Notes: generated by a model from the letters alone, not told the origin. A stretch of DNA of 64,000 bases from an uncultured bacterium (GCA_965368975.1 CBDUPA010000008.1:32001-96000); one strand, 5' to 3'; numbered from the stretch's first letter, positions 12,656-22,896 are shown. Program-made: numbers and translations.

Positions 12656-12836
12656 GCCCGCAGATTCGTCTGAGAGAGCCACGCCGAAGGCGGCGAGAGC
12701 CGGCAGGGGCCTTGTGCCGCCGCCGGCTTCTTCGATGTGCCTGGGGATACGTCGCGAGATCCTTGTGCCGGGACCAACCAGGCCCTGTATTGCTGGGAAC
12801 TGTATTGCAGGGAACTGTGACACCCGGTACACTCCC

Positions 12837-12865
12837 TTGACACGACTAATACTCATTGCTAGCAT
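12837..12865 (+). promoter_or_regulatory. sigma70 promoter of nadABC
   Basis: TTGACA (12837-42), 17-bp spacer, TAGCAT (12860-65). Confidence 0.75.
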
Positions 12866-12926
12866 AAGTCGTGGCCGGTCACACGGCCAATTTTTTAGGC
12901 TCCTATTATACTCATCTTGAGCATAA
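12847..12926. promoter_or_regulatory. Two NadQ-type operator palindromes
   Basis: TAATACTCATTGCTAGCATAA (12847-67) and TTATACTCATCTTGAGCATAA (12906-26) fit the recalled NadQ consensus ttATRCTCannntGAGYATaa; upstream of nadA. Confidence 0.8.
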
Positions 12927-12966
12927 GATGAGGCCGCGCAGGAGCCGCAACAATGGAGAACGAGCC

Positions 12967-14019
12967 ATGACCCTTACCAGCCCTGCTACCGGAGGTACGT
13001 CAGCGACCCTGCCGGTGCTCAGCTATACGCTCGAGATCGCTCGCCAAACTGCTCCCATCTACGACCGCATGCGCAGCGTGCTGCCGGAGATCGAGTGGCC
13101 GGTGCATGCACCCTATGTTGCCGAGATCCTGCGCCTGAAGCAGGAGCGCAATGCCGTCGTGTTGGCACACAACTACCAGACGCCCGAGATCTTCCACGGT
13201 GTCGCCGATCTGACCGGTGACTCTCTGGGTTTGGCGCGCATGGCGGCCGAGACGGACGCCGAGGTCATCGTGATGTGTGGCGTCCACTTCATGGCCGAGA
13301 CGGCAAAGCTGCTCAGTCCGGACAAAACGGTGCTGATTCCGGACCTGGATGCCGGCTGTTCCCTGGCTTCGTCGATCACCGGTGAGGACGTGAGGTTACT
13401 GCGCCAACGGTATCCTGGCGTACCGGTGGTCACCTACGTCAACACTTCGGCCGACGTCAAAGCAGAGACCGACGTCTGCTGCACCTCGGCCAATGCCGTA
13501 CAAGTCGTCGAGTCGCTGGGCGTCGACCGAGTCATCTTCCTGCCCGACGAGTACCTGGGCCGCTACGTCGCGCGCCAGACGGAAGTCGAGCTGATCCTCT
13601 GGCGCGGCCATTGCGAGGTGCACGAGCGTTTTTCACCGGACGACATCCGCCGCTTCCGGAGCCAGTATGCGGACCTGCAGGTTCTGGCGCATCCGGAGTG
13701 CCCGCCGGAGGTGTTGGCCGAGGCCGATTATGTAGGTTCTACCTCGGGCATGATCCGCGCGGTGGGAGAGCGCAAGCCGAAGCGAGTGGTGATGATCACC
13801 GAGTGCTCGATGAGCGACAACGTGGCGGTCGAGCATCCGGATGTCGAGTTCATTCGGCCCTGCAACCTGTGTCCGCACATGAAGCGCATTACCCTGCCCA
13901 AGATTCTCCACAGCTTGCAGCACATGGAGCATGAAGTGATCGTGGATCCGTCGATCGTAGAGCGTGCCCGGCTATCCGTCGAGCGCATGCTGGAGATTGG
14001 CCGCGACGCCGGCAACTGA
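12967..14019 (+). CDS. nadA: Quinolinate synthase
   Basis: [42 protein letters not shown]. Confidence 0.97.
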   Translation: MTLTSPATGGTSATLPVLSYTLEIARQTAPIYDRMRSVLPEIEWPVHAPYVAEILRLKQERNAVVLAHNYQTPEIFHGVADLTGDSLGLARMAAETDAEVIVMCGVHFMAETAKLLSPDKTVLIPDLDAGCSLASSITGEDVRLLRQRYPGVPVVTYVNTSADVKAETDVCCTSANAVQVVESLGVDRVIFLPDEYLGRYVARQTEVELILWRGHCEVHERFSPDDIRRFRSQYADLQVLAHPECPPEVLAEADYVGSTSGMIRAVGERKPKRVVMITECSMSDNVAVEHPDVEFIRPCNLCPHMKRITLPKILHSLQHMEHEVIVDPSIVERARLSVERMLEIGRDAGN

Positions 14020-14061
14020 AGCGCATCCATCCCGTAGTTCATTCCCCCCTTCGTTACCTGA

Positions 14062-16035
14062 ATGAGCATCTGTGACCAGAAGGAGACCGAGATGGCCGTG
14101 CTTCCCAGTTTGCCTCCAGCCGTGAAAGGCACCGCGATCGGTGACGGCAGCGCGCCCCGGCTGCGCGTCGAGACTTCGGACGTCGTGGTGGTAGGCGCCG
14201 GTCTGGCCGGTTTGACCGCTGCCCTCGGTCTGTCGCCACGCCGCGTCCGGGTGCTCAGCAAGGCGCCGATCCGGTATGCTCCTCAAGCAGGAACGACCCA
14301 AGGGGAAGCCATCGGGGCGGGCGGTTCGAGTGTCTGGGCCCAGGGTGGCGTTGCGGCGGCGGTCGGTACCGGAGACTCGCCTCGTTTGCACGCCGCGGAT
14401 ACTCTGGCGGCAGGTGCGGGCTTGACCGATGCCGGTATGGCCGCACTGCTCACCGCCGAAGGGCGCGAACGCGTGCGCATGCTGGTCGAGATGGGGGTGC
14501 GCTTCGACCGAGGCGAAGACGGTGAGCTGGCGCTCGGGCAGGAGGGGGCACATAGCGTTCGCCGCGTGCTGCACGCCAACGGGGATGCCACCGGTGCCGA
14601 GATCGTGCGGGCCCTGATGGCGTCGCTGGCAGCCGCGCCGGGCGTCGAGCTTTGCGGCGGCGTGACGGCTCTGGAACTGGTGACCTTGCCTGCCGACGCA
14701 CAGGTCTCGCTGACGCGGCAGGGCGCCAAGCACGCTGCCGTCGAGAAGAGCCCGGTGCACCTGGCCGGTGTTCTGGCGCGTCACGATGACGGCACTTTGG
14801 TGCTCCATCAGGCGCCTGCTGTCGTCCTCGCCACCGGTGGTCTTGGGCGACTCTACCTGCACACCACCAATCCACCGGAGAACACCGGTGATGGACTGGC
14901 CATGGCCGCTCGCGCCGGTGCTCGGCTCGCCGACCTGGAGTTCGTGCAGTTCCATCCGACCGCGCTGGCGGTCGACGATGTCGATCCCCTGCCGCTGCTG
15001 ACTGAGGCGTTGCGGGGTGAGGGAGCGATCCTGGTGGATGCGCAGGGTGAGCGCTTCATGCTCGACGAGCATCCGCTGGCCGAACTGGCGCCCCGAGATG
15101 TCGTGGCCCGCGCCATTCACCGTCGGCGCGAGGCCGGGCAGGAGATCTATCTCGATGCCCGCGAGGCGGTGGGAGAAGCCTTTCCAAGGCGCTTTCCGAC
15201 GGTCTTCGAACTGTGCCGGCGCCATGGCCTGGACCCGCGGTACGAGCAACTTCCGGTGTCGCCAGCGGCTCACTTCCACATGGGAGGTATCGCTACCGAC
15301 GAGCACGGTCGTTCGAGCCTGGATGGGCTCTGGGCCTGCGGCGAGGTCGCCTGCACCGGTGTCCACGGCGCCAATCGCCTGGCTAGCAACTCTCTCCTCG
15401 AAGCTCTGGTTTTCGGGCAGCGGGTTGCGCTGGATATCACTGGTCACCTTGAAGCTGCCGAGCTCGACGCGCCAGGTCTCCTCGCCGGGGAAAAGCAAGT
15501 CGGCACCCGACGACGGATCGACGGGGAGACTGTTCTGGCGCGCGCAAGCCAGCTGGCGGTAGCGTACGCCCGTCAGCTGGCTCCTGAAGTGGAAGCGTTG
15601 TGGATCGGCGAGATCCGACGCTTGGCTTGGCAGCAGCTCGGCCTGGTGCGCGACGAGACTGGGCTGCGATCTGCACTGGCCAGCTACGGTCGCATGGTCT
15701 GGGATCTGCCCGAGGGGAGCGTCACGGCGCGCAACCTTTTGACCCTGGCGCGCTTGCTGGCCAACGCTGCCTTGGCACGGTGCGAGAGCCGCGGTGGACA
15801 CTACCGCTCGGATTTCCCTCGGGCAGACGCCGCCTGGCGCTATCGTCTCTACCATGGAAGCGAGCGCTTGGTGAGTGGAGAAGCCCAGCAGGTGGTCGCT
15901 GATGCAGGTGTCGCTGAGCCCTGCCTGCAGGAGCCGGGCATCCATCCGGCCGCCGGCCGTGAGGCCGGTGCTGCAAGAGCAGCGTTGCTACGGATGACAG
16001 CCGAGGAGCCGCCAGCTCGGGAGGTGCGACTGTGA
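14062..16035 (+). CDS. nadB: L-aspartate oxidase
   Basis: GAGLAG, SVWAQGG, EFVQFHPT, TEALRGEG, ELAPRDVV, HGANRLASNSL, ESRGGHYRSD; between nadA and nadC. Confidence 0.95.
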   Translation: MSICDQKETEMAVLPSLPPAVKGTAIGDGSAPRLRVETSDVVVVGAGLAGLTAALGLSPRRVRVLSKAPIRYAPQAGTTQGEAIGAGGSSVWAQGGVAAAVGTGDSPRLHAADTLAAGAGLTDAGMAALLTAEGRERVRMLVEMGVRFDRGEDGELALGQEGAHSVRRVLHANGDATGAEIVRALMASLAAAPGVELCGGVTALELVTLPADAQVSLTRQGAKHAAVEKSPVHLAGVLARHDDGTLVLHQAPAVVLATGGLGRLYLHTTNPPENTGDGLAMAARAGARLADLEFVQFHPTALAVDDVDPLPLLTEALRGEGAILVDAQGERFMLDEHPLAELAPRDVVARAIHRRREAGQEIYLDAREAVGEAFPRRFPTVFELCRRHGLDPRYEQLPVSPAAHFHMGGIATDEHGRSSLDGLWACGEVACTGVHGANRLASNSLLEALVFGQRVALDITGHLEAAELDAPGLLAGEKQVGTRRRIDGETVLARASQLAVAYARQLAPEVEALWIGEIRRLAWQQLGLVRDETGLRSALASYGRMVWDLPEGSVTARNLLTLARLLANAALARCESRGGHYRSDFPRADAAWRYRLYHGSERLVSGEAQQVVADAGVAEPCLQEPGIHPAAGREAGAARAALLRMTAEEPPAREVRL

Positions 16036-16931
16036 GCGCCGCCGGGACGCCGTTGGAGGAGAAACCAGTCACGCCCCTCTATCCGCTGCTCTATGAGGAT
16101 GTCGTGCACCGCACGTTGAGCGAGGACCTGGGACGTGCCGGCGACCTGAGTGCCGACTCGGTGATCCCGCCTTCGGTACCAGCGCGCGCGTCGATCGTCG
16201 CCCGCCAGGCCGGGCGAATCGCGGGGCTGGACGTGGCGGCATTGGCGTTTCGCTGTCTCGATCCGAACCTCGCCGTCACGCTGCACAGCGCGGACGGTCG
16301 GGATGCCGTGGCGGGAGAGCCCTTGGCGACGGTCGAAGGTGCGGGTCGCTCCGTGCTTTCCGCCGAACGCACGGCGCTCAACTTCCTGGGGCACCTGAGC
16401 GGAGTTGCTACCGCGACGCGTGAGTTCGTCGCACAGGTTGCCGGGACGCGGGCGCGGGTGGTGTGTACGCGCAAGACGACGCCGGGTCTGCGCACGTTGG
16501 AGAAGTACGCGGTGCGCTGTGGTGGCGGCTTCAACCACCGCTTCGGCCTCGACGATGCGGTGATGATCAAGGACAACCACATCGCCGTCGCTGGCGGCAT
16601 CGAGCCGGCAGTACGACGCACGCGCGAGTTCGTCGGTCACATGGTCAAGCTGGAAGTCGAGGTGGACACGCTCGAGCAACTCGACGTGCTCCTACCGCTG
16701 GGCGTCGACGTGGTCCTGCTCGACAACATGTCGCCCGCGATGCTGACCGAAGCCGTGGCGCGTGTACGAACTCAGGCGCCAGGTACGCTGACGGAGGCGT
16801 CCGGAGGCATCACGCCCAACACCGCGGCCGCCGTGGCCGCCAGCGGCGTCGATCTGTTGTCGGTCGGTTGGATCACGCATAGCGCGCCGCGTCTGGACGT
16901 GGCGCTCGACATTCTGTTCGACTCGGTGTAA
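16032..16931 (+). CDS. nadC: Nicotinate-nucleotide pyrophosphorylase (carboxylating)
   Basis: TRKTTPGLR, NHRFGL.D..MIKDNH, EVEV, LLDNM, EASGGI; GTGA overlap with nadB. Confidence 0.97.
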   Translation: MSAAGTPLEEKPVTPLYPLLYEDVVHRTLSEDLGRAGDLSADSVIPPSVPARASIVARQAGRIAGLDVAALAFRCLDPNLAVTLHSADGRDAVAGEPLATVEGAGRSVLSAERTALNFLGHLSGVATATREFVAQVAGTRARVVCTRKTTPGLRTLEKYAVRCGGGFNHRFGLDDAVMIKDNHIAVAGGIEPAVRRTREFVGHMVKLEVEVDTLEQLDVLLPLGVDVVLLDNMSPAMLTEAVARVRTQAPGTLTEASGGITPNTAAAVAASGVDLLSVGWITHSAPRLDVALDILFDSV

Positions 16932-16990
16932 GGCCTGACCAAGTGTACTGCCCGACTGGGCGGATTTCTCGTGTGTCCAAGGCTGTGCGA

Positions 16991-17410
16991 TCAAGTGTCA
17001 GTGACGTCGTCGGCCTCGTCTGTGGTGTCACTCTCTTCCGGTAGAAAGCTGCGGGCGGCGGAGAGAAAATCCTCGGCTTCCAACAGATCGCTGTGGCGGT
17101 CGCGGGCGTTGCCTGCGGCCAAGCGTCCTACCGCACGCACGCGGCTGAGCGCTTGATCTTGCCACTCCTGCCACTGTCGGAAGACCTCACTGTGTGCCCG
17201 TGGCAAGAAGTACTCCCGCACCGCACGCACGGCTTCCACAGACAAGCGTAGCCGGCCCGTACCTTGGCCGAAGGCGACGTAGACCTGGCCGGTGATGTCG
17301 GCCAGCAGGTCGTCGAGTCGTCCCGGATCCCGATCCTCGAGGCTACGCATATGGCGCACCTGACGTACGTCGGGCAAGGGTAGAACACGGGATGCATCAC
17401 TCATCGACAT
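16991..17410 (-). CDS. Hypothetical 139-aa protein, histone-fold-like
   Basis: Strong RBS GGAGGAGGA 8 nt before ATG 17410; RLS.EAVRAV...RLAAGNAR...LLEAEDFLSAA resembles a histone fold. Confidence 0.65.
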   Translation of the reverse strand: MSMSDASRVLPLPDVRQVRHMRSLEDRDPGRLDDLLADITGQVYVAFGQGTGRLRLSVEAVRAVREYFLPRAHSEVFRQWQEWQDQALSRVRAVGRLAAGNARDRHSDLLEAEDFLSAARSFLPEESDTTDEADDVTDT

Positions 17411-17648
17411 TTCATCAATCCTCCTCCGATCTCTCAAAACATAGGCATGGAAATATCTGCCGAAGAGAGTCCCATGATGCCGGCCTTCACCGGAATCAGT
17501 CTTCGATCGACGGCAGAGATGAACGTTCGTCTTGGAGAGTGGAACGGTAAAATTGGGGGGGACCGTCCTGTACGAAGATGATAGCAGACGGAAGGCCTCT
17601 TTAAAGGCAATGCAGAAAGGCAGCGCTTGCAGGGAGCGACGAGACGAT

Positions 17649-17696
17649 CCCTGCAAGTCGTTGGCCCTGCTAGTCGTCGGCCCTGCTAGTCGTCGG
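17649..17696. repeat. 16-bp tandem repeat x3 spanning the usher stop codon
   Basis: CCCTGC(A/T)AGTCGT(T/C)GG three times. Confidence 0.8.
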
Positions 17697-20472
17697 CGAA
17701 GGGTAGGTCGGAGAAGGCAGTGTCGAGTTGCAGATCCTGGTCGAAGAGGAAGTCGTCACGCACTTCGATACGGCGGCTTGGCAGTTGGTAAGCAGGCGGG
17801 GAGCTGAAGTTGGCGGGGGCCAGACGCAGGGTGTACGTGCCGATTCCGAGGCCATCAATGCGGAAGAGCCCGAAGCGGTCGGTGCGGGCAGTACCGGCGA
17901 CAGTGCCAGCAGAGTCGAGCGCCTCGATCAACACGTCACGACGTCGCACGCCGGCGGTGTCGGTGACGCGGCCCGCGACGCCGAACTCTGGCCGCACGGA
18001 GAAGTCGACGCGTGTCACGGCAGCCGGCGCCACCTGGGCGACGACGCTCACGCGTACGGGATTGAGTTCGATCGGCAGGTTCTCGGGATCCAACTCGACG
18101 CGGTAGAGGCCGGGCTCGAGATCTCCGATGAAGAAGCTACCGCCAAACTCGCTGCGGCCGGCGACACGGCCGTTGAGCAGGAGGGTCAGGCCGTCGAGAC
18201 TGAAGGCGTCGAGAGATTCGGCCAGCTCGGGCGGAGCTTCGACGCGGATTTGGCCGCTGAGGGCGCCCCGGTCGGCACGTACGGAGACGCTGCGCGCCGG
18301 CAGAAGACGGCCGCGCGACAGCGCCAGGTCAGCGGTCAGATTGAGTTGGAGACGCAGGTTCGCCGAGCCGTCGGCTGCCGGGCGCAGCGGATCCTGCGCA
18401 ACCTCGAAACGGGCCAGGACGCCGGGCAACAAGGCCAGGTTGAGCGAGGCCTGGAAGCCGACCCGGTCAGCGGTGGGTGGTGTGTTGCCGTCACGGTCGG
18501 TGTCCGGGGTGCTGACGAAGATCGGGCCGGCCGTCAAGCTTGGCTGCCAGCGTCCCTGCCGACTCCAGGCCAGCAGGGCAGCGTACCGGTCGACCTGACC
18601 TCCTCCGTGCTCGGCGCTCAAGTAGAGCTGAAGTTCACGGCCCAGGGCGTAGCTCAGGCCGGCAAAGGTGCGCTCCTGAATGCTGACCGCGAGTTGTCCC
18701 CGGCGCGAAATGGCGTAGTTGAGGTCGACCTGGTAGTCGCCGTCGACCTGGGGCCGGGCGCGCAGGGAGAGCCGCCTCACGGGGCGCCAGGAGAGCGTTG
18801 GTAGCACGAACTCATCGAGGGAGTCGCCCTGCCGCCGGCTGCGTGCGACCAAGCCGAGGCTGAGTCGCCGCGAGTGCTGATAGTTGGTCTCCACCAGGTG
18901 GTCGTAGGCCTCGGCGGCGGCTTCGCTCTGAAAGCCGGCCTCGAAGTAGAGGGAGCGCACCAGCAGACGCACGCCGCCGAAGCGATCCGCACCGCGGCCG
19001 GTGGTCGGGCCACCGATCTGGCCATCGAGGTCGAAGCTGTAGCCGAACGTGTCGCCCTCACGTTCCTGCGCCGGGTCGCCGCCGACCGAGCCGCCGATGG
19101 AACTCGCGATGGCACCGCCGATGGTGAAGGTGGGCGAGAGCTGAGCTACCAGTCCAGTGAGGACTTGAAGGTTCTCGCGACTCTGCTGCACCACGCTTTC
19201 GAAGGTCACGCGGTCATGCAAGCCTTGGCGGAACTGGTAGAAGCCGGCGGCTGCGGAGCCGTCTCGCTGGTCGAGGGCATCCTGGGCCAAGTTGCCGTCA
19301 TGGCCTCCGCCGCCCAGGTGGACACTGCCACCAGCCGGCAACAGATAGGCCGAGAGGTTGAGCGTCTCCTCGATGATGTTGACAGGAATGCGCGGATTCT
19401 GCCGCTCGTAGACGCGCACCTCGACGCGGCTGAGGCGCGCCGGCAGCGGGATGTCGAAGAACTCGTACATGCCGTTCAGGCCGATGGTGCGCCGATCGGT
19501 CAGGCGATCGTCGATCCACAGTTCGGCGATGCCAGCGGGCGGGCCGGGGCCGCGAAAGGTGCGCTGCGGCGTGCCCTGGCGAGACAGGAGTTCGACGGGC
19601 TGGAACTGGCTGCGCGCGAAGCGATCCAACGGCTGGTCCGTCCAGGCACCTTGGACGCCGGTCAATTCCACCACGCGCAGCAGCGGATGCAGTTGGACGC
19701 GCTGATGCCCGATCTGGAGCAGCCCGTTGCCGCGCTCGGGCGGCAGGTTCAGGGGGCGCAGCCAAGCATAGTCGCGCAGGCGTTCGCCGCCCGCGAAGTC
19801 GTCCTGGTAGCGGAGCCTCCACCAGCCACCGGAGAGTCGGCCACCGAGGACGGTCGCGCTATTGAAGCGCTCGACATCATCGTCCTGGAAGAACTCGAGG
19901 TCGGTCTGGATCGTCGACAGGCTGGCGACGGGTGCCTCGAATTCGGGTTGCAGCACCTCGGCCGCGGGGCGTAGCGGCAGCGTGACCGACGTCTGGTAGG
20001 GCTGCCAGGCGAGGTCCAGGCGCAGGGCGAAGAGGCGTTCGTCGAAGCGCAGAGGGCTGGCGAGCCGTTGCTCGATGAAGGTCTGCGAGAGATACGTGAC
20101 GCCGTCACGAAGCTGGATATCCGGGGCCGTCAGCTCGACGGTCCCCAGGGGAGTCACCAAGCTGCGGTCTCGATCTCCGCTCTCTGCTTGCAGCCGCGTG
20201 CCGGTGAAGGCGAGGAATGGTTCCAGCGGTAGTAGGTAGCTGCCGTCCGCGTCGATCAAGATCTCGATGACGTCGATCTCGCGGCCGTCGACGATGACGC
20301 CCACCAGAGCCGTGTCGCGGGGTGGTGCATGGGCGTAGGCGGCTTCTTCCAGCAAAGCCGCATCCAGGGCTTCGGGGTGCAGCGTTGCCACCTGTGGTGG
20401 ACGGGGAGCCGCCGCCTCGGAGCCGAGGCTTGGTGCCGCGGCCAAGACGAGGAGTAGTGCGGCGCCGAGCAC
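17686..20472 (-). CDS. Atypical fimbrial usher-like outer-membrane protein with C-terminal carboxypeptidase-regulatory-like domains
   Basis: Signal peptide, beta-strand-rich core, plug-like AELWIDDR segment, C-terminal YRVELDPENLP and VAGRV.D..G repeats; follows chaperone and pilins. Confidence 0.75.
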   Translation of the reverse strand: MLGAALLLVLAAAPSLGSEAAAPRPPQVATLHPEALDAALLEEAAYAHAPPRDTALVGVIVDGREIDVIEILIDADGSYLLPLEPFLAFTGTRLQAESGDRDRSLVTPLGTVELTAPDIQLRDGVTYLSQTFIEQRLASPLRFDERLFALRLDLAWQPYQTSVTLPLRPAAEVLQPEFEAPVASLSTIQTDLEFFQDDDVERFNSATVLGGRLSGGWWRLRYQDDFAGGERLRDYAWLRPLNLPPERGNGLLQIGHQRVQLHPLLRVVELTGVQGAWTDQPLDRFARSQFQPVELLSRQGTPQRTFRGPGPPAGIAELWIDDRLTDRRTIGLNGMYEFFDIPLPARLSRVEVRVYERQNPRIPVNIIEETLNLSAYLLPAGGSVHLGGGGHDGNLAQDALDQRDGSAAAGFYQFRQGLHDRVTFESVVQQSRENLQVLTGLVAQLSPTFTIGGAIASSIGGSVGGDPAQEREGDTFGYSFDLDGQIGGPTTGRGADRFGGVRLLVRSLYFEAGFQSEAAAEAYDHLVETNYQHSRRLSLGLVARSRRQGDSLDEFVLPTLSWRPVRRLSLRARPQVDGDYQVDLNYAISRRGQLAVSIQERTFAGLSYALGRELQLYLSAEHGGGQVDRYAALLAWSRQGRWQPSLTAGPIFVSTPDTDRDGNTPPTADRVGFQASLNLALLPGVLARFEVAQDPLRPAADGSANLRLQLNLTADLALSRGRLLPARSVSVRADRGALSGQIRVEAPPELAESLDAFSLDGLTLLLNGRVAGRSEFGGSFFIGDLEPGLYRVELDPENLPIELNPVRVSVVAQVAPAAVTRVDFSVRPEFGVAGRVTDTAGVRRRDVLIEALDSAGTVAGTARTDRFGLFRIDGLGIGTYTLRLAPANFSSPPAYQLPSRRIEVRDDFLFDQDLQLDTAFSDLPFADD

Positions 20473-20477
20473 GAGGC

Positions 20478-21431
20478 TCAGCCTCCTCCCAGGTCCGGCT
20501 CTGGAGGAACCGTGAAGGAGACCGATCGATCGAGCGGCTGCGCACCCAGCGTGCCATTGAGGTCGAGGACGTAGGTGCCCGGTGGCAGGGCTTGCTGCAA
20601 TTCCAGGCTCAGGGTTCGTCGCGTCCCGGGGAGCACGGGGGTGCCCGGCAGCTCACCCGCCTCCAGCACCGCTTCTGGTGCTACGGCCTCGGGTTTGCCG
20701 ACGTTGGCGATCAAGTCGGTGGCACCGCTGCCCGGGAAGGTGTCGGCCGGCCACACTGCATACTGCCCGTCGAAGCGTACGTGTGCGTTGCCGGGACAGG
20801 CGAGGTCGAAATGCACGAGGCCATCCGTCACCGTCACCTCGTGCAAGACCGCCCGTCGATCCAGCTCGCCAGCCTGAGCGTAGACCGCCAAGCCGACGCG
20901 GTACAGTACGTTGAAGCTCGGGTTGTCGTCCGGCGGTGGTGGTAGTTGCCGGAAGTAGATGAGCGCCCGGTGCTCGCCGGACTCGGGGCGGACCTTGGGG
21001 CGGATCGAGAAGCGGACGGTACGCGACTCCTTGGCAGGCACGCTGAAGTGCACCGGATTGACCACGATCCACTGGTCCAGGCTCTGCTCCTCGGGCGGCA
21101 GCTCGCGGACCGTGTTGGTCTCGTCGAGGTCCCAGTTCAACACCTCGACCACCAACTCGACCTCTTTCTCGCTGAAGTTGAAGACGCGCACGGACTCGGT
21201 GCTCGGGCTGTCTGTCAGCTGCAGTTCGAAGCGAGATGGCGAGACACCCAACTGCGCCTCTACCGTCAGCGGCAGCAGCGTCATCGCGAGTAGCGTCAAG
21301 GTGCCAGCCGCCAGGCATCGGCTGCGGCGTGAGCGGCCGGCTTCGATGTGCGGCTGGGAGAGGGTGGATGGCATCGAGGAGCGTCGAGAATGGCTCCGGG
21401 CAGTGGCAACGGAAAGTTGGGCTCGACTCAC
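20478..21431 (-). CDS. Fimbrial (PapD-like) periplasmic chaperone
   Basis: LGVSPSRFEL, WIVVNP..F.VP.KE.RTVRF, EHRALIYF, GNAHVR; start uncertain. Confidence 0.85.
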   Translation of the reverse strand: MSRAQLSVATARSHSRRSSMPSTLSQPHIEAGRSRRSRCLAAGTLTLLAMTLLPLTVEAQLGVSPSRFELQLTDSPSTESVRVFNFSEKEVELVVEVLNWDLDETNTVRELPPEEQSLDQWIVVNPVHFSVPAKESRTVRFSIRPKVRPESGEHRALIYFRQLPPPPDDNPSFNVLYRVGLAVYAQAGELDRRAVLHEVTVTDGLVHFDLACPGNAHVRFDGQYAVWPADTFPGSGATDLIANVGKPEAVAPEAVLEAGELPGTPVLPGTRRTLSLELQQALPPGTYVLDLNGTLGAQPLDRSVSFTVPPEPDLGGG

Positions 21432-21467
21432 GGTGGAAGCTCCTGGGCGTCACGGGCGCTGGTTCTG

Positions 21468-21506
21468 GGGCCGATTTCTAGGGCCGATTTCTAGGGCTGA
21501 TTTCTG
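21468..21506. repeat. 13-bp tandem repeat x3 inside pilus operon
   Basis: GGGCCGATTTCTA x2 plus GGGCTGATTTCTG. Confidence 0.8.
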
Positions 21507-21555
21507 GGGATGGGACTGGCAACGTAGCTGCCGGCTCGCTGGCGGATAGCGCCGG

Positions 21556-22149
21556 TCAGAGCTGATGCAGAGTGACCGTCAGAGTACCCTGATAGGTACC
21601 GGCGGCCTGCACGCTCTCGACCTCCATCTCCAAGACGACGCCTCCCTGCACGATGGTACCTGCCTGAGTAGGCATATCAGAGTCGAGACGCCGCTCAGCG
21701 TCTCGCTGCAGAATCGTCGGCGCCAGCGGCCAGACCCGTGTGTGTACCTCGAGGTCCGGGCGCTGAGAATGACTCAGCCGATCCTGCTGTCCCTGGCTCG
21801 ACACGAGCTCATAGGATACTTGCAGGTCGCGCAGCCGGGCATCCGGTGCCAGATGCAGCTGCCACAGGTCGGGCAGCCGGCGCACGACGCTCGTCGCCAG
21901 GCGCGCGCTGGTAAAGGGGGATTGGGAGCTCGAACGGCTTCCCGAACCGACCACCAGCGTTCCTTCGCTGACCTCGGCTTGATCCTCGAACAGCTCCCTT
22001 GACTGGATCGGTTCGAGCCGCAGCACGATGGTCGGCGTCCCGAACTCGGTGAGTTGGGTCGGTGGCTCACCGCGACCCGGGGCCGGGAGCAACAAGCAAA
22101 GCGCCGCGACCGTCCAGGTCGCGGCGACAGAGCAGCCTCGCATGGGCAT
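21556..22149 (-). CDS. Putative minor pilin
   Basis: Signal peptide; C-terminal AAGTYQGTLTVTL pilin-like strand. Confidence 0.65.
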   Translation of the reverse strand: MPMRGCSVAATWTVAALCLLLPAPGRGEPPTQLTEFGTPTIVLRLEPIQSRELFEDQAEVSEGTLVVGSGSRSSSQSPFTSARLATSVVRRLPDLWQLHLAPDARLRDLQVSYELVSSQGQQDRLSHSQRPDLEVHTRVWPLAPTILQRDAERRLDSDMPTQAGTIVQGGVVLEMEVESVQAAGTYQGTLTVTLHQL

Positions 22150-22212
22150 GCTCGGCGGCGAGGTGCCATGACTTGTGAAGGCCGTCGTTGGCCGGCCTCG
22201 CCGCCGCGGGGA

Positions 22213-22896
22213 TCAGATCAGCGTCGCGGTGACGGTGATGTTGTCGTCGACGGCACTGCTATAAGTACCGGCTTCGTTGGCCGAGCTGGCGTCGAGAATC
22301 AGCTGCACGTCGACCGCGTCGGTGGTCCCGAGACCGCTGGGCGTGAAGGTGGTCGGGCTGCCGAAGCCGCCGCCGTTGACCTGGACCTGCGGCGTGCCGG
22401 TCAAGGTGATGGTGCCGGTGCCGCCGTTGGTCAGCGTGGTGTTGGCGGTGTAGGCGATGCTCACCTGCACGCCCGAGCCGCCATTGGTCTGGATGGCGCG
22501 GATCGCGCAGATGTCCTGAATGGTCAGCGCCAGGTTGCTCAGGTCGACGCCGGCTGCCAGGTCGGTATCCGGGCTACCAAGGTTGACGTCAGCGGTCAGG
22601 CCGGTGCCCGAGACGGCTGCGTTGGCGGTGCCGGGGCCCGCAACCGCGATGCCCTGGTCGCCGTTGGCGGTACCGGTGACCAGCTCTGCCAGCACCGCCG
22701 AGGTGACGGTGATGTCGACGTCGCTGTAGCAATACAGGATCAGAATCGACGGCCAGATGATGTCGACATCGACGTTCAGCGAAGCTGCCTGAGCCGGAGG
22801 CGCTGGTGCCAGCAGCATGCCGAGAGCGAGCAGGCAGGCGACGGCGAGCGAGGCGCGGAGGGATTTGAGGCGTGGACTACGAGAGAGCGAGAGCAT
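22213..22896 (-). CDS. Putative major pilin subunit
   Basis: Signal peptide (AQA cleavage), Thr/Gly/Ala-rich, Cys pair, C-terminal AGTYS....ITVTAT; GGGAGG RBS. Confidence 0.75.
   Translation of the reverse strand: MLSLSRSPRLKSLRASLAVACLLALGMLLAPAPPAQAASLNVDVDIIWPSILILYCYSDVDITVTSAVLAELVTGTANGDQGIAVAGPGTANAAVSGTGLTADVNLGSPDTDLAAGVDLSNLALTIQDICAIRAIQTNGGSGVQVSIAYTANTTLTNGGTGTITLTGTPQVQVNGGGFGSPTTFTPSGLGTTDAVDVQLILDASSANEAGTYSSAVDDNITVTATLI

Noticed and set aside
13972-15945. 657-aa antisense ORF over nadB and similar long shadow ORFs (54158-55792, 33649-35058, 28995-30266)
   Set aside because: Shadows of real genes caused by high-GC codon bias; no recognisable domains.
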